A stretch of DNA of 24,000 nucleotides from Rhizobium phage LG08, in the sequence record PP429226.1; one strand, written 5' to 3'. This document shows positions 1 through 8,217 of this stretch, piece after piece. The notes under the pieces are model-generated. The model made no database searches. It had not been told where the DNA came from and was given only the letters and a program-made list of their open reading frames with translations. The position numbers and the translations under genes were made by a program. Within the stretch, counting starts at the first letter, position 1; each line of letters opens with the position of its first letter.

Positions 1-187
1 TCTGGAAAGAGTCGAGGGTATGGACCAGGATACGCTTGGCATCCTCAGAAAGATTTTCGATAATTGGGTTCTTGTCGTTGCCTTTCGCATTGGCGATGGC
101 TTCGAATTCCGCTTTCAAGCTGAGAGTAAGATGGTGATTGTAAATCACATCGTCTTTGCCGAAAAGGTCTGTGTTGAATTCTGTCAT
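1..187 (-). CDS. hypothetical protein, truncated by window edge (MTEFNTDLFGKDDVIYNHHLTLSLKAEFEAIANAKGNDKNP...)
   Basis: Open frame from ATG at 187 to the window edge; SD-like AAGAGG upstream; promoter P1 directly upstream. Absent from the ORF track because it is partial. Confidence 0.75.
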   Translation of the reverse strand, partial: MTEFNTDLFGKDDVIYNHHLTLSLKAEFEAIANAKGNDKNPIIENLSEDAKRILVHTLDSFQ

Positions 188-212
188 TTCTTTTCCTCTT
201 AATTACTGAGTC

Positions 213-665
213 CTACAATACAGAAGACTCAACGACTTGTAAACACTCCTCGTAATTTTTCTTCAATTGAGAAAGACGCCAATGGAGATGAGACTCAAAC
301 GGTTTATGGAAACTTTCCAAATCGTCTCTCCTGATCAGGAGGAGGTCTCGATAAGTAATGTCTACGACGCCATCGACGGTATACTTGGCCATTTCCATCA
401 AAGCGTGGACGTGATCGAATCCGAAAGGAGTCTCCTCGATTTTAGAATCTGATCCGTTCATGAGGAGATGACGACAAGAAGTGTTATAAAGAGTTTTGAA
501 GTTTTCGGCAAGAAGTCTTCGAAACTTCAAGTCAGTCTCACGGAATTCTTCAAGGACAGGGTTAATCCTGTCCAAGAATGTTTTCGTAGAGAAGTAGTAA
601 GAATCGAGACACTCAGTAATGTACCGAGCGCTAATCTTTATCCTGGCGGACGTTACTTCAGACAT
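213..665 (-). CDS. hypothetical protein (150 aa)
   Basis: Minus-strand ORF fitting the collinear overlapping gene array; overlaps next CDS by 8 nt. Confidence 0.65.
   Translation of the reverse strand: MSEVTSARIKISARYITECLDSYYFSTKTFLDRINPVLEEFRETDLKFRRLLAENFKTLYNTSCRHLLMNGSDSKIEETPFGFDHVHALMEMAKYTVDGVVDITYRDLLLIRRDDLESFHKPFESHLHWRLSQLKKNYEECLQVVESSVL
215..243 (-). promoter_or_regulatory. early-type sigma70-like promoter P1: TTTACA-N17-TATTGT
   Basis: -35 at 238-243, -10 at 215-220, in the motif family shared with six other intergenic sites; upstream of CDS 1..187. Confidence 0.75.
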
Positions 666-867
666 CAGTCCATCTTTCCAAGGTGACCTTCAGATTTTCG
701 TCAAAGGTATACTTTCCTTTGTCGAAACCGTTCTGGATTTCTTTTCTGACGTCTTCAGGTTTGGATCCTCGATCTTTTGCTAGTTCAAGGATCGTAGCAG
801 TCCGGAGAGAACCGTGTCGGAGATAGTATGCGAGGAATTCAGATGGAGTTTTAGGGAACTCACTCAC
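658..867 (-). CDS. hypothetical protein (69 aa)
   Basis: Minus-strand ORF overlapping both neighbours by a few nt, as in a translationally coupled array. Confidence 0.65.
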   Translation of the reverse strand: MSEFPKTPSEFLAYYLRHGSLRTATILELAKDRGSKPEDVRKEIQNGFDKGKYTFDENLKVTLERWTDV

Positions 868-1162
868 TCTTTTGATCCTCGATAGCTTTCGCGATCTTCT
901 GAGCGAGACGAACGAGATATGCTCCGGTCAAGAGATTGACGAGCTCTTCGTCGAAGACGTCAGCGCCGTCATAGTTCTTCTTGACCATTTCTTCTACGGA
1001 GTTCTCCGTGCCAAGCTTGGTCCTTTCAGAACCCTTCTTGAAAGGAATTTCCTCACGTAGGACTTCGCCGATAACCATCTCGATTTCAGACTTCGGTTCG
1101 AAAATGATTTCGCGAGCTTCACGACGATAACCGTTGAGAAGATTTGTAAGAGCGTCACTCAT
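860..1162 (-). CDS. hypothetical protein (100 aa, MSDALTNLLNGYRREAREIIFE...)
   Basis: Track ORF runs 860..1252, but the ATG at 1162 overlaps the upstream stop and is the more likely start. Confidence 0.65.
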   Translation of the reverse strand: MSDALTNLLNGYRREAREIIFEPKSEIEMVIGEVLREEIPFKKGSERTKLGTENSVEEMVKKNYDGADVFDEELVNLLTGAYLVRLAQKIAKAIEDQKSE

Positions 1163-1475
1163 GATTAGACTCCTTGACGATTGATTGGGTGATCTTCCAG
1201 TTGGCCTTCTCCATTTCGAAATAGTAGAAAGCGTTGTGGATGGTGTCCGCAAGACCTGGATAAGAACGATAAAGGCCGAAAGCGTCCTTATCCTTTCTTC
1301 CGATCAAGATAGACGAGTCACTGAAAATGGTGATGTCGATCTCTTCACGACCTTCGGCGGATACCGATACGGCGATTGTCTCGTTCTTGATATTCTTCGA
1401 AGTGGCGATGAGAGCATCGTAAAGATCGTCTGCGCTCATTTCTACTTCGAGAGGGAGGAATTGGATTTCGGTCAT
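1155..1475 (-). CDS. hypothetical protein (106 aa, MTEIQFLPLEVEMSADDLYDAL...)
   Basis: Track start at 1481 is TTG; ATG at 1475 is more likely, just downstream of the small ORF stop. Confidence 0.65.
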   Translation of the reverse strand: MTEIQFLPLEVEMSADDLYDALIATSKNIKNETIAVSVSAEGREEIDITIFSDSSILIGRKDKDAFGLYRSYPGLADTIHNAFYYFEMEKANWKITQSIVKESNHE

Positions 1476-1477
1476 GA

Positions 1478-1621
1478 TCAACCTGCGTAATGAGAGTAAA
1501 GGATGAAGAGGTGATCTGCGACGATACCTGCGAGAGGAGTGGTCAGAGCACCGACGAGGAGAATTGCAGGAATAGAGAGAAACATTGCGATTTCTTTCTT
1601 GAGAGAGTTGGTCGTTTTCAT
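1478..1621 (-). CDS. small putative membrane protein (47 aa: MKTTNSLKKEIAMFLSIPAILLVGALTTPLAGIVADHLFILYSHYAG)
   Basis: Manual translation; AAGGAG SD 9 nt upstream of ATG, promoter P2 upstream, hydrophobic core. Below the track size cutoff. Confidence 0.7.
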   Translation of the reverse strand: MKTTNSLKKEIAMFLSIPAILLVGALTTPLAGIVADHLFILYSHYAG

Positions 1622-1635
1622 TTCGAATTTCTCCT

Positions 1636-1670
1636 TGATGGTTTATGTTGAAATTAGACTTAAACCATCA
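1636..1670. repeat. perfect 10-bp inverted repeat TGATGGTTTA-N15-TAAACCATCA spanning P2 -10
   Basis: Arms 1636-1645 and 1661-1670 are exact reverse complements; the proximal arm abuts the SD (ATCAAGGAG). Confidence 0.8.
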
Positions 1671-1685
1671 CGGAGAGCTTGTAAA
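1657..1685 (-). promoter_or_regulatory. early-type promoter P2: TTTACA-N17-TAAGTC
   Basis: -35 at 1680-1685 and -10 at 1657-1662; same spacing as family; weak -10. Confidence 0.55.
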
Positions 1686-1695
1686 TAGCTAAATT

Positions 1696-2097
1696 CTATT
1701 CTTTGTTTTGACCTTCAACTTTTTGTTTGATGCGGTCTGCCGTTCGAGAATGAAGATGGAAAAGAGCCTTATAGACATGCGAGAGCGCCAGACCATTTTC
1801 TTCACAGGCAAATGGACCGCTCTGGAAAGATGCCAATCGGTCAGCTACGATGGCCAGGAGAGTTTCCTGAGTAATGCCATTGACTCCAGCTTCTAGGACA
1901 GGACCGTTCTGGAAAAGGATGACCTGCTTCGAGAACGAATGACGATATCCGTCAGGACCTTCTACAGAAGGGTTCTCTGCTGTGTCAAAGCCGGTAATCT
2001 CGTACCGATGATTTGCACCACCTGCACCAGGCTTGTCAGTCACTTCGATTTTGATAGGTTCATCGACAATAACGGAATGGTTATAAATTTCTCTCAT
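1696..2097 (-). CDS. hypothetical protein (133 aa)
   Basis: Minus-strand ORF with AGGAG upstream of ATG. Confidence 0.7.
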   Translation of the reverse strand: MREIYNHSVIVDEPIKIEVTDKPGAGGANHRYEITGFDTAENPSVEGPDGYRHSFSKQVILFQNGPVLEAGVNGITQETLLAIVADRLASFQSGPFACEENGLALSHVYKALFHLHSRTADRIKQKVEGQNKE

Positions 2098-2106
2098 TTC
2101 TTTCTC

Positions 2107-2466
2107 CTAATAGATTTCGTCGCAAAGATTAGATAGGAATTTGACCTCGTTTTTATGAGTTGCGAATTTAGATTTAGCTACAGCGTAATTGATTGCAGCG
2201 TCGAGGTCTGTGTAGAAATCCACTACTCCGTCATAACGAATCTTTATCTTGTATTCTCCGTCTGATCCTGACGACTTAGTGAAAGTCAGAGACTCGTCGA
2301 ACGGATCGTGAATTATCGTGAAATAAGTCCATCCTTCGAGACGGACTTTGAATTCACGAGTCATCTCCTTGGAAGCCTTCACCTCTTCCATTTTCTGTTC
2401 GGCGACGAACTTCAAGATGTAATCCTTGAGGCGTCCGGAATTGTACAGGCTGTATTCTCGATCCAT
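2107..2466 (-). CDS. hypothetical protein (119 aa, MDREYSLYNSGRLKDYILKF...)
   Basis: ATG at 2466 preceded by AAGGAG; track start at 2472 is GTG. Confidence 0.7.
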   Translation of the reverse strand: MDREYSLYNSGRLKDYILKFVAEQKMEEVKASKEMTREFKVRLEGWTYFTIIHDPFDESLTFTKSSGSDGEYKIKIRYDGVVDFYTDLDAAINYAVAKSKFATHKNEVKFLSNLCDEIY

Positions 2467-2468
2467 GT

Positions 2469-4118
2469 TCACTCCTTGATTTCGACAACGGCGAAGTTCG
2501 ATACCGTCTTGATTTTGATCTTTCGGTCGAACTCTCCAACGAGTTCACGAGGACCGATGCAAATCGTGTTCGTGTCTTCCAACTCGAGAAGGCACTTCGA
2601 AACGGCTTCAACACCTTCATCATCTAGACGAGAGCCGAACTCATCGATGATAAGAAGGTTGGTGTCGACGCTGGAGAGCTTCTTCGAGATGTCTCGCCAT
2701 GTCATCATGATAGCAAAATTGATGCGTGCCTGCTGGCCTGCAGAGAACGACTCGTACGTGAAGCTCTGACGGAAACGAGACCGAACGCTTTCCTTGAAAG
2801 ACGGATCGAGTTCGAGGAGGATCGGAAGACCAAGCTTCTCGAGATACTCATTGACCCGGAGATTGAAGAACGGGATGTATTCGGAAATCAGAGGAGCCTT
2901 GGCTACACCGGATTTCAGGACACGATCGATATCTAGAAGATCGGCGTACTTTTCATCGATATCTTCCTTCTCACCGAGGAGCTTCACGTATTCTTCGTTA
3001 ACCTCTTCGATCTGGGTGTCGATGGTGTCGGAAGGCTTCTTCCTATCCATTTCCTGGAGTTCGTGCTTCAGACCTTCGAGTTTCTCAGAAGCATTCTTGA
3101 AATTGTTGATGATAGCCTGGGCTTCATCTCGAGCAGCGATGAGAGCTTCCTTCTCTGCTTCCATGTCGATCTCAGCACGCTTAGCTTCGAGTTCTCGGAT
3201 TGCAGTATCTCGTTCTTCTTCGTGATGGCCGTGATCATTTCCTTCTGGTAAGGTTTGGCCACATGAAGAGCAGACTCCTTCGGTCTTTGACTTTGAAGCC
3301 AGAGAATGTAGGAGTAAAATTCTTTCGTCGATCGAAGCGGCATCTCTCGATTTTGCGTCATATCTAGCACGCTTTCCTTCGTAATCTGTTTTGGCTTTTT
3401 CAGCCTTATCCTTTAGACCTTCGACGACCTTCTCGCCTTTTTCGAGACGAGCTTTCATGGTCTCGAATTCTGCCGGATCGTAGCCTTCAGTCTGGTCCTT
3501 TCGGATGCCGATGAGTCGATCGAGCATGTCTTTCTTCGATCGGAGTTCGATCTCCTTTTCGGCCACCTTCGGCTTAATCGACTTGATCTCTTCCTTCGTC
3601 TCACGGTGGATTTCATTGAAGACACCGATGTTCAGCATCTTCTCGACGAAATCTTTTCGGGTCGGTCCGTCCATCTGCATGAAAGGAACGGCAGACTCAG
3701 AAATCAGAACCTGGTTTTCGATCGTTCGCTTGTCGACGTTCAAGAATTTCTCGAGCGCCTTCTGACGGTCGAGTCGCTTCAAGTCATCCCACATGGATAC
3801 GCCATTCACGAAGACGTTGAACACATCAGGATTGATCGACCGAACGATTTCCACCTTATCCTGGTTCGACATGAAGACGGTCTTCGAATTGCAGTCCTTC
3901 ATGTTGATCGAGTTGACGATCTGGTCTTTCTTGAGGTCACGGTAAGTTTCACCGAAGAGACCGAAGAAGATCGCATCGATGGTCAGGGCAGTTTTGCCCG
4001 AACCATTTTCTGCAGTGACCGAAGTGAGTTTGTGCTGGTCCAGAACGAGTTCCGTCCTCTGGTTTCCGAACGGAAGAAAGTTTTTGATCTCGCTCGAGAT
4101 ATACGTCAGCTTCGCCAT
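2469..4118 (-). CDS. 46: gp46-like recombination endonuclease ATPase subunit (Rad50/SbcC family)
   Basis: Walker A-like AENGSGKTAL, zinc-hook CSSC, ABC-signature-like YESFSAGQQARINFAI, Walker B NLLIIDEFGSRLDDEG, central coiled-coil; adjacent to Mre11-like partner. Confidence 0.93.
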   Translation of the reverse strand: MAKLTYISSEIKNFLPFGNQRTELVLDQHKLTSVTAENGSGKTALTIDAIFFGLFGETYRDLKKDQIVNSINMKDCNSKTVFMSNQDKVEIVRSINPDVFNVFVNGVSMWDDLKRLDRQKALEKFLNVDKRTIENQVLISESAVPFMQMDGPTRKDFVEKMLNIGVFNEIHRETKEEIKSIKPKVAEKEIELRSKKDMLDRLIGIRKDQTEGYDPAEFETMKARLEKGEKVVEGLKDKAEKAKTDYEGKRARYDAKSRDAASIDERILLLHSLASKSKTEGVCSSCGQTLPEGNDHGHHEEERDTAIRELEAKRAEIDMEAEKEALIAARDEAQAIINNFKNASEKLEGLKHELQEMDRKKPSDTIDTQIEEVNEEYVKLLGEKEDIDEKYADLLDIDRVLKSGVAKAPLISEYIPFFNLRVNEYLEKLGLPILLELDPSFKESVRSRFRQSFTYESFSAGQQARINFAIMMTWRDISKKLSSVDTNLLIIDEFGSRLDDEGVEAVSKCLLELEDTNTICIGPRELVGEFDRKIKIKTVSNFAVVEIKE

Positions 4119-4121
4119 GTC

Positions 4122-5057
4122 TTATCGAATCCTTCCAACAATTTTCTCCAGGACAGTCTTAGCTCCTGGTCGCTTGAGTTCATCACATATCAAAGTCACG
4201 ACGTCATGTGAACTGCTTTTTAGCGGTTCCTGAGAAAATTCGATGACTTCCGTGAGCTGAAGATCGTTGAGACCAACGGTTTCCAGGATAGCGACGAGTT
4301 TCTGATAGAGAGTCTTGTCAGTCAACTCATCGACCTTGATCTCGAGGTTTGCACCAGCGAGTTTCGATTTGTTGTTCATGACCCACTTGACTGGGTTCAG
4401 ACCTTCGATCTTTCCTTCGATCAGTTCGACACGACGGAAAGTCTGGTTAGGATTGTTGACGAATTCGGTCTTTCCTTCGTCGTAGAGAAGGAAGCCTGTG
4501 TTGTCATTCACCTGACCCCAATCGAGCTGAGACAGGGTTCCGACGAACTTGTCAGACCGATGATGAATATGGCCTGAGAATACCTTAGCTCCATGCGATT
4601 CAGGAGGATTATCGGAATGGCAGATAATCACGTCGACGTCTTCGACTTCGCCTTCAAGATCGTGCTCTTTCCCGTAAGGAACGAAGAGAACCTTCTCGCC
4701 TTCGATTTGCCATTCGGTGATGTCACCAAAAGTGATGACATTCTCACTCGTGTCGGCAATATCGAACAGGGACAGGCGCATGTCCTTTGTCGAAGGAACG
4801 TCATGATTACCATGAGCGACGAAAAGACGGATATGGTTCTTCTCCAGTGAACCAAGGACATGCTTCCAGAGACGAGTTGTCTCGAAGTTTATGAAACGCT
4901 TGGTGTCGAAGAGGTCACCACAATGGAGAATGTTCTTAATGCCGTTCTCCGTCATGTACTTGATCATCCAGTCAAAGGCCTTAATGAATTCCTTTCCGAG
5001 ATCGACCTTTCCTGCACCTTTCCCTAGGTGCCAGTCACCCGTCACAACAGCCTTCAT
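4122..5057 (-). CDS. 47: gp47-like recombination endonuclease nuclease subunit (Mre11/SbcD family)
   Basis: Metallophosphoesterase motifs GDWHLG, GDLFD, HGNHD, GHIHHR; adjacent to gp46-like gene. Confidence 0.93.
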   Translation of the reverse strand: MKAVVTGDWHLGKGAGKVDLGKEFIKAFDWMIKYMTENGIKNILHCGDLFDTKRFINFETTRLWKHVLGSLEKNHIRLFVAHGNHDVPSTKDMRLSLFDIADTSENVITFGDITEWQIEGEKVLFVPYGKEHDLEGEVEDVDVIICHSDNPPESHGAKVFSGHIHHRSDKFVGTLSQLDWGQVNDNTGFLLYDEGKTEFVNNPNQTFRRVELIEGKIEGLNPVKWVMNNKSKLAGANLEIKVDELTDKTLYQKLVAILETVGLNDLQLTEVIEFSQEPLKSSSHDVVTLICDELKRPGAKTVLEKIVGRIR

Positions 5058-5803
5058 CGTTCGATTTCCCTTTCCGCAGTTTCTACTACTTCGTCTTTCA
5101 CATCGCGATAGGACCTGGCTTCCTTCGAATTCATTTCAGCGAAGTGGGCCTGCTCCTTGTTGTAATCGTCGACGATCTTCCGAAGTTCTTTCAGAGCCGT
5201 GTTGTGGTTCTGGTCATGGACGACGTTTCCGATCGTGACCTGACCATTCGCGAGACCTTCGAGGAAGGAATTCTTCTCAGAGAGGGTTCGCTTTTCGGCA
5301 GTGAAGTAATTGAGGAAACCCCAGTAGCAGAGCTGAGTGATCAGAGAGAAGCAGTTCTTCGTTTTCGATTTCGCCGGATCATAAATCCTGGCAAGATTTT
5401 CGAAAGCCAATAGAACACCGCAGCGAGTCATTTCTTCGACGTCCGTGGCTGCAGAGAATTTCCGTGCATAACCGGAAGCGATCCGTTCGATAGCTTCGCC
5501 GACAGCATCCGGAAGAGGAGGAATTCGGTCTTCTGGAATATCGACCGGAGGAAGTTCTGCTTCAGGCACACCCTGCTTCACGAGCTCTTCACGGTGTTCA
5601 TTGTATGCCTGAATGATAGCCTTACGCTTCTCATGGTGAGCATTGAGGATTTCTGTGACTCGTCGACCATCGACGTAATTTCCAGACTTTACTCTGGGAG
5701 ACCTCTTCTTGGGAGTGATCAAAACATGTCCTTTCGTAGGAGTATGGATGAGGCTGGATGCGATGAAGGAATTCCGTGATAGATTACCACTCTTTCGTTT
5801 CAT
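5054..5803 (-). CDS. 55: gp55-like late-transcription sigma factor
   Basis: NYVDGRRVTEIL and GEAIERIASGYARKFS...LLAFENLARIYDPAKSKTKNCFSLITQLCYWGFLNYFTAEKRTLSEKNSFL closely parallel the remembered T4 gp55 pattern (NYVNNKEL; GLAIMLIAEGLSKRFN...[22 protein letters not shown]); synteny with 46/47. Confidence 0.8.
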   Translation of the reverse strand: MKRKSGNLSRNSFIASSLIHTPTKGHVLITPKKRSPRVKSGNYVDGRRVTEILNAHHEKRKAIIQAYNEHREELVKQGVPEAELPPVDIPEDRIPPLPDAVGEAIERIASGYARKFSAATDVEEMTRCGVLLAFENLARIYDPAKSKTKNCFSLITQLCYWGFLNYFTAEKRTLSEKNSFLEGLANGQVTIGNVVHDQNHNTALKELRKIVDDYNKEQAHFAEMNSKEARSYRDVKDEVVETAEREIER

Positions 5804-5817
5804 CGCATCTATGCGGA

Positions 5818-7149
5818 TTAAAACTTGATGGTGTCTAGGTCTTTGATCCAGACATTCTTGAGTTCGGTTTCAGACTCGGAAATCTGAATATAGCCATTCA
5901 GCTCTTCGATCTTGGATTCGTGCTCTTTTCGAGTCTTGTCGATTTCTTCAACAGCCCATCGGTAGGACGGAAGACCGGCGAGACGAGAGCAATCCTCAGA
6001 GGAAACCTTCACTTTCGAATTGATGTAATCTATCACATCGTTTCGAGATTTGAAACCGGAAAGTTTCTTCGAGAACCCGGAATCCGACAGAATGATGATT
6101 GCTTCCAGGAAACTGATTTCCTTTTCGATCTTCTCGATCATCTTCTCGTATCGCTTCTTGAGAAGAGGGAATCGCCATTCGACCCATGCTTCGATAAGTT
6201 CTTCGGTGTTATTGAAGACTCGGATTTTCGTGCCGCAGAAATCGACGACGACTAATCGCTGAGTGATACGTTCGGAAATCTTGAAGAGCTTCACGAGGTC
6301 TTCTTCGGTCATACCGGCAAGATCATTACGACTCATCTTCACGACGATTCGAATGTCACCAGCCGTATGGTTCTCATACGACGTGATCTTTTTCGCTTCC
6401 TCAAGCTTGTCGAGATGCTCCTGGACCTTTTCGACGGAGACGTTTGGAGGAAGAGACGTGATTTCTACGGTTGATGTGTTCTTGATCTCCACAGTACCCG
6501 AAAGGATATAGGAGTCTGCATCGGTTCGGCCGTTGTCGATCTCTTCGATCTTGATCTTCTCGAACGGAAGATACTTCGGCATCAGCTTCTTCGTCTTCTT
6601 CCCTGTGAGAACGGCTTTCGTAGCCTTGATAAGTTCTTTCGGATCATGAGGAAGGATTTCCGTGGACCATCCGACTGCGACACCAGAAACTCCATTCAGG
6701 AGAACTGTCGGGAAGAGAGGAAGGAATTCCTTGCACATCTCTGCATCACCATCAACGGATGGCACCATTTCCCAAAGTTCTTTGTCAGCTAGGATCACGT
6801 TGTCCATGAACTTAGAACGCTCAGCGTAGATATATCGACCTGCGCCGAATGCGTTCTTGTCGAGAAGAGAGCCGAAGTTTCCGTCACCGTCTAGGATCGG
6901 AACGTTGTTGACGAATGGACCTGCGAGGCCAGAAATGAGGCCATCGGCAGAACCATGAAGGAAGAGATTAGACTCTACCATGGCGCCGGAGATTGCTGCA
7001 ACCTTCGTCTTCGAACGATTTCTCATAATCCAAAGAGCGATACGTTGACCATCCTTGAGACCGTCCGTGACCTTCGGAATTGCTCGTTCGGTGGCAACCA
7101 TAAGAGAATAAGTCTTAGCGGCTTTCGCCAGGAATTCTGCGGTTTTCAT
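5818..7149 (-). CDS. 52: type II DNA topoisomerase medium subunit, GyrA/ParC-like (gp52-like)
   Basis: GyrA-type pattern KVTDGLKDGQR, HGSADGLISGLA, DGDGNFGSLLDKNAFGAGRYIYAERS with presumptive catalytic Tyr. ATG at 7149 is better placed relative to AAGGA than the track ATG at 7155. Confidence 0.92.
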   Translation of the reverse strand: MKTAEFLAKAAKTYSLMVATERAIPKVTDGLKDGQRIALWIMRNRSKTKVAAISGAMVESNLFLHGSADGLISGLAGPFVNNVPILDGDGNFGSLLDKNAFGAGRYIYAERSKFMDNVILADKELWEMVPSVDGDAEMCKEFLPLFPTVLLNGVSGVAVGWSTEILPHDPKELIKATKAVLTGKKTKKLMPKYLPFEKIKIEEIDNGRTDADSYILSGTVEIKNTSTVEITSLPPNVSVEKVQEHLDKLEEAKKITSYENHTAGDIRIVVKMSRNDLAGMTEEDLVKLFKISERITQRLVVVDFCGTKIRVFNNTEELIEAWVEWRFPLLKKRYEKMIEKIEKEISFLEAIIILSDSGFSKKLSGFKSRNDVIDYINSKVKVSSEDCSRLAGLPSYRWAVEEIDKTRKEHESKIEELNGYIQISESETELKNVWIKDLDTIKF

Positions 7150-7166
7150 TTTCATCCTTAAACTAG

Positions 7167-7201
7167 TTTGGTCCTGTGACAGTTCATATCACAAGACCAA
7201 A
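7167..7201. repeat. 13-bp inverted repeat (12/13) TTTGGTCCTGTGA-N9-TCACAAGACCAAA centred on P3 -10
   Basis: Arms 7167-7179 and 7189-7201; the single mismatch becomes a G-U wobble in the minus-strand RNA. Confidence 0.85.
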
Positions 7202-7211
7202 TGATTGTAAA
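7183..7211 (-). promoter_or_regulatory. early-type promoter P3: TTTACA-N17-TATGAA (extended TG before -10)
   Basis: -35 at 7206-7211, -10 at 7183-7188; upstream of gp52-like gene. Confidence 0.8.
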
Positions 7212-7213
7212 CA

Positions 7214-7594
7214 TCAAAACTGGATAGGGTTCGCAATATCCGAAGGAACCCACTTGATGGCGATCCATCCTCGAGAAGGAGCATGGACGAAACCGTCACG
7301 GTCCGTAACTCGATGTCCGCCGCTGTCTGAGATATAGAGTGTCACCGGCTGGACGATCGTGTATTCTTTCCCATCAGGATAGACGTAAGTCCGCTTGATT
7401 TCCGAGGAAATAGACCGATATTGAAATCCTATCGGAGGATTGGTCCGTTCGTGTGTTTCAAGAGCTTCTTCCAAGATGTCTCCTATTACGTCGAGTCTGA
7501 TCCGAAGTGCGGTTTCGCTGTTGCATTGACAGACGGGCTTGCAGCCGCACGAATATGATTTGATTTGTTCGATGGCCTGAGCGAGGATGTTCAT
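7214..7594 (-). CDS. hypothetical protein with Cys-rich patch CGCKPVCQC (126 aa)
   Basis: ATG at 7594 overlaps the upstream stop (TGATG); track start at 7615 is further upstream. Confidence 0.7.
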   Translation of the reverse strand: MNILAQAIEQIKSYSCGCKPVCQCNSETALRIRLDVIGDILEEALETHERTNPPIGFQYRSISSEIKRTYVYPDGKEYTIVQPVTLYISDSGGHRVTDRDGFVHAPSRGWIAIKWVPSDIANPIQF

Positions 7595-7875
7595 CAGCAA
7601 TACCAATCGAACCAAAGGTTGAGGATGATATTTACCTCTTCAGGAATGATCATATCCTCGTTGTCACAGGCAAGATTGATGATCTCCTCGTCTGTGAGAT
7701 TGCCAATATACTCTTCTGCTTCCTGGAGATTTCGTCGATCGTAGATTTCTCCGATGAAAACATGGAAGTCGTATTCCACTATCTCCTGAGGACGATCTCT
7801 GTTCAGACCTCCGTTGTCGACGGTTATCTCGAAGCACGCCTTCCAGATGTTAGGATATTCTTCATGACCTCTCAA
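7594..7875 (-). CDS. hypothetical acidic protein (93 aa)
   Basis: Overlaps upstream stop by ATGA and downstream start by TGATG. Confidence 0.7.
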   Translation of the reverse strand: MRGHEEYPNIWKACFEITVDNGGLNRDRPQEIVEYDFHVFIGEIYDRRNLQEAEEYIGNLTDEEIINLACDNEDMIIPEEVNIILNLWFDWYC

Positions 7876-8189
7876 AGTGAAAGACCTTCCGAACCGAAGT
7901 AGTCGTCCTGTTCGAATTCCTGGACGATGCGAAGGACATTGATCATGTACCGATCATCGCCGACCGAAGCTCCGTCTTCAGCTTCCTTGAAGAGTTCGTC
8001 GATAGTTTCAGAGACGGTCGATTTATTTAGACCGTATGAATGAGCAAGTTGCCAGAGACCTATGATTGCCTCTTCATTGTTCGAGACGTCTTCGTAAAGA
8101 GTCCTCTTGAGGTTGTCGAGGGCCAGGACCTTACGAGCGTAAGAGAGGCCATCGATTTCAGTGAGAATTTGATTTGCTGTCAATGCCAT
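7872..8189 (-). CDS. hypothetical protein (105 aa)
   Basis: ATG preceded by CGGAG; promoter P4 upstream. Confidence 0.7.
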   Translation of the reverse strand: MALTANQILTEIDGLSYARKVLALDNLKRTLYEDVSNNEEAIIGLWQLAHSYGLNKSTVSETIDELFKEAEDGASVGDDRYMINVLRIVQEFEQDDYFGSEGLSL

Positions 8190-8217
8190 TTCGTTTCTCC
8201 GTTTTGAATGATGCTAA

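Noticed and set aside
2308-2769. Plus-strand 153-aa ORF
   Set aside because: Runs antisense across two well-supported minus-strand genes.
3606-4211. Plus-strand 201-aa ORF antisense to gp46/gp47-like genes
   Set aside because: Opposite strand carries unambiguous gp46 motifs; the antisense frame is a codon-bias artefact.
7170-7198. TGTGA...TCACA considered as a CRP binding site
   Set aside because: Spacing is 9 nt rather than the 6 nt of the CRP consensus and the arms extend into different sequence.
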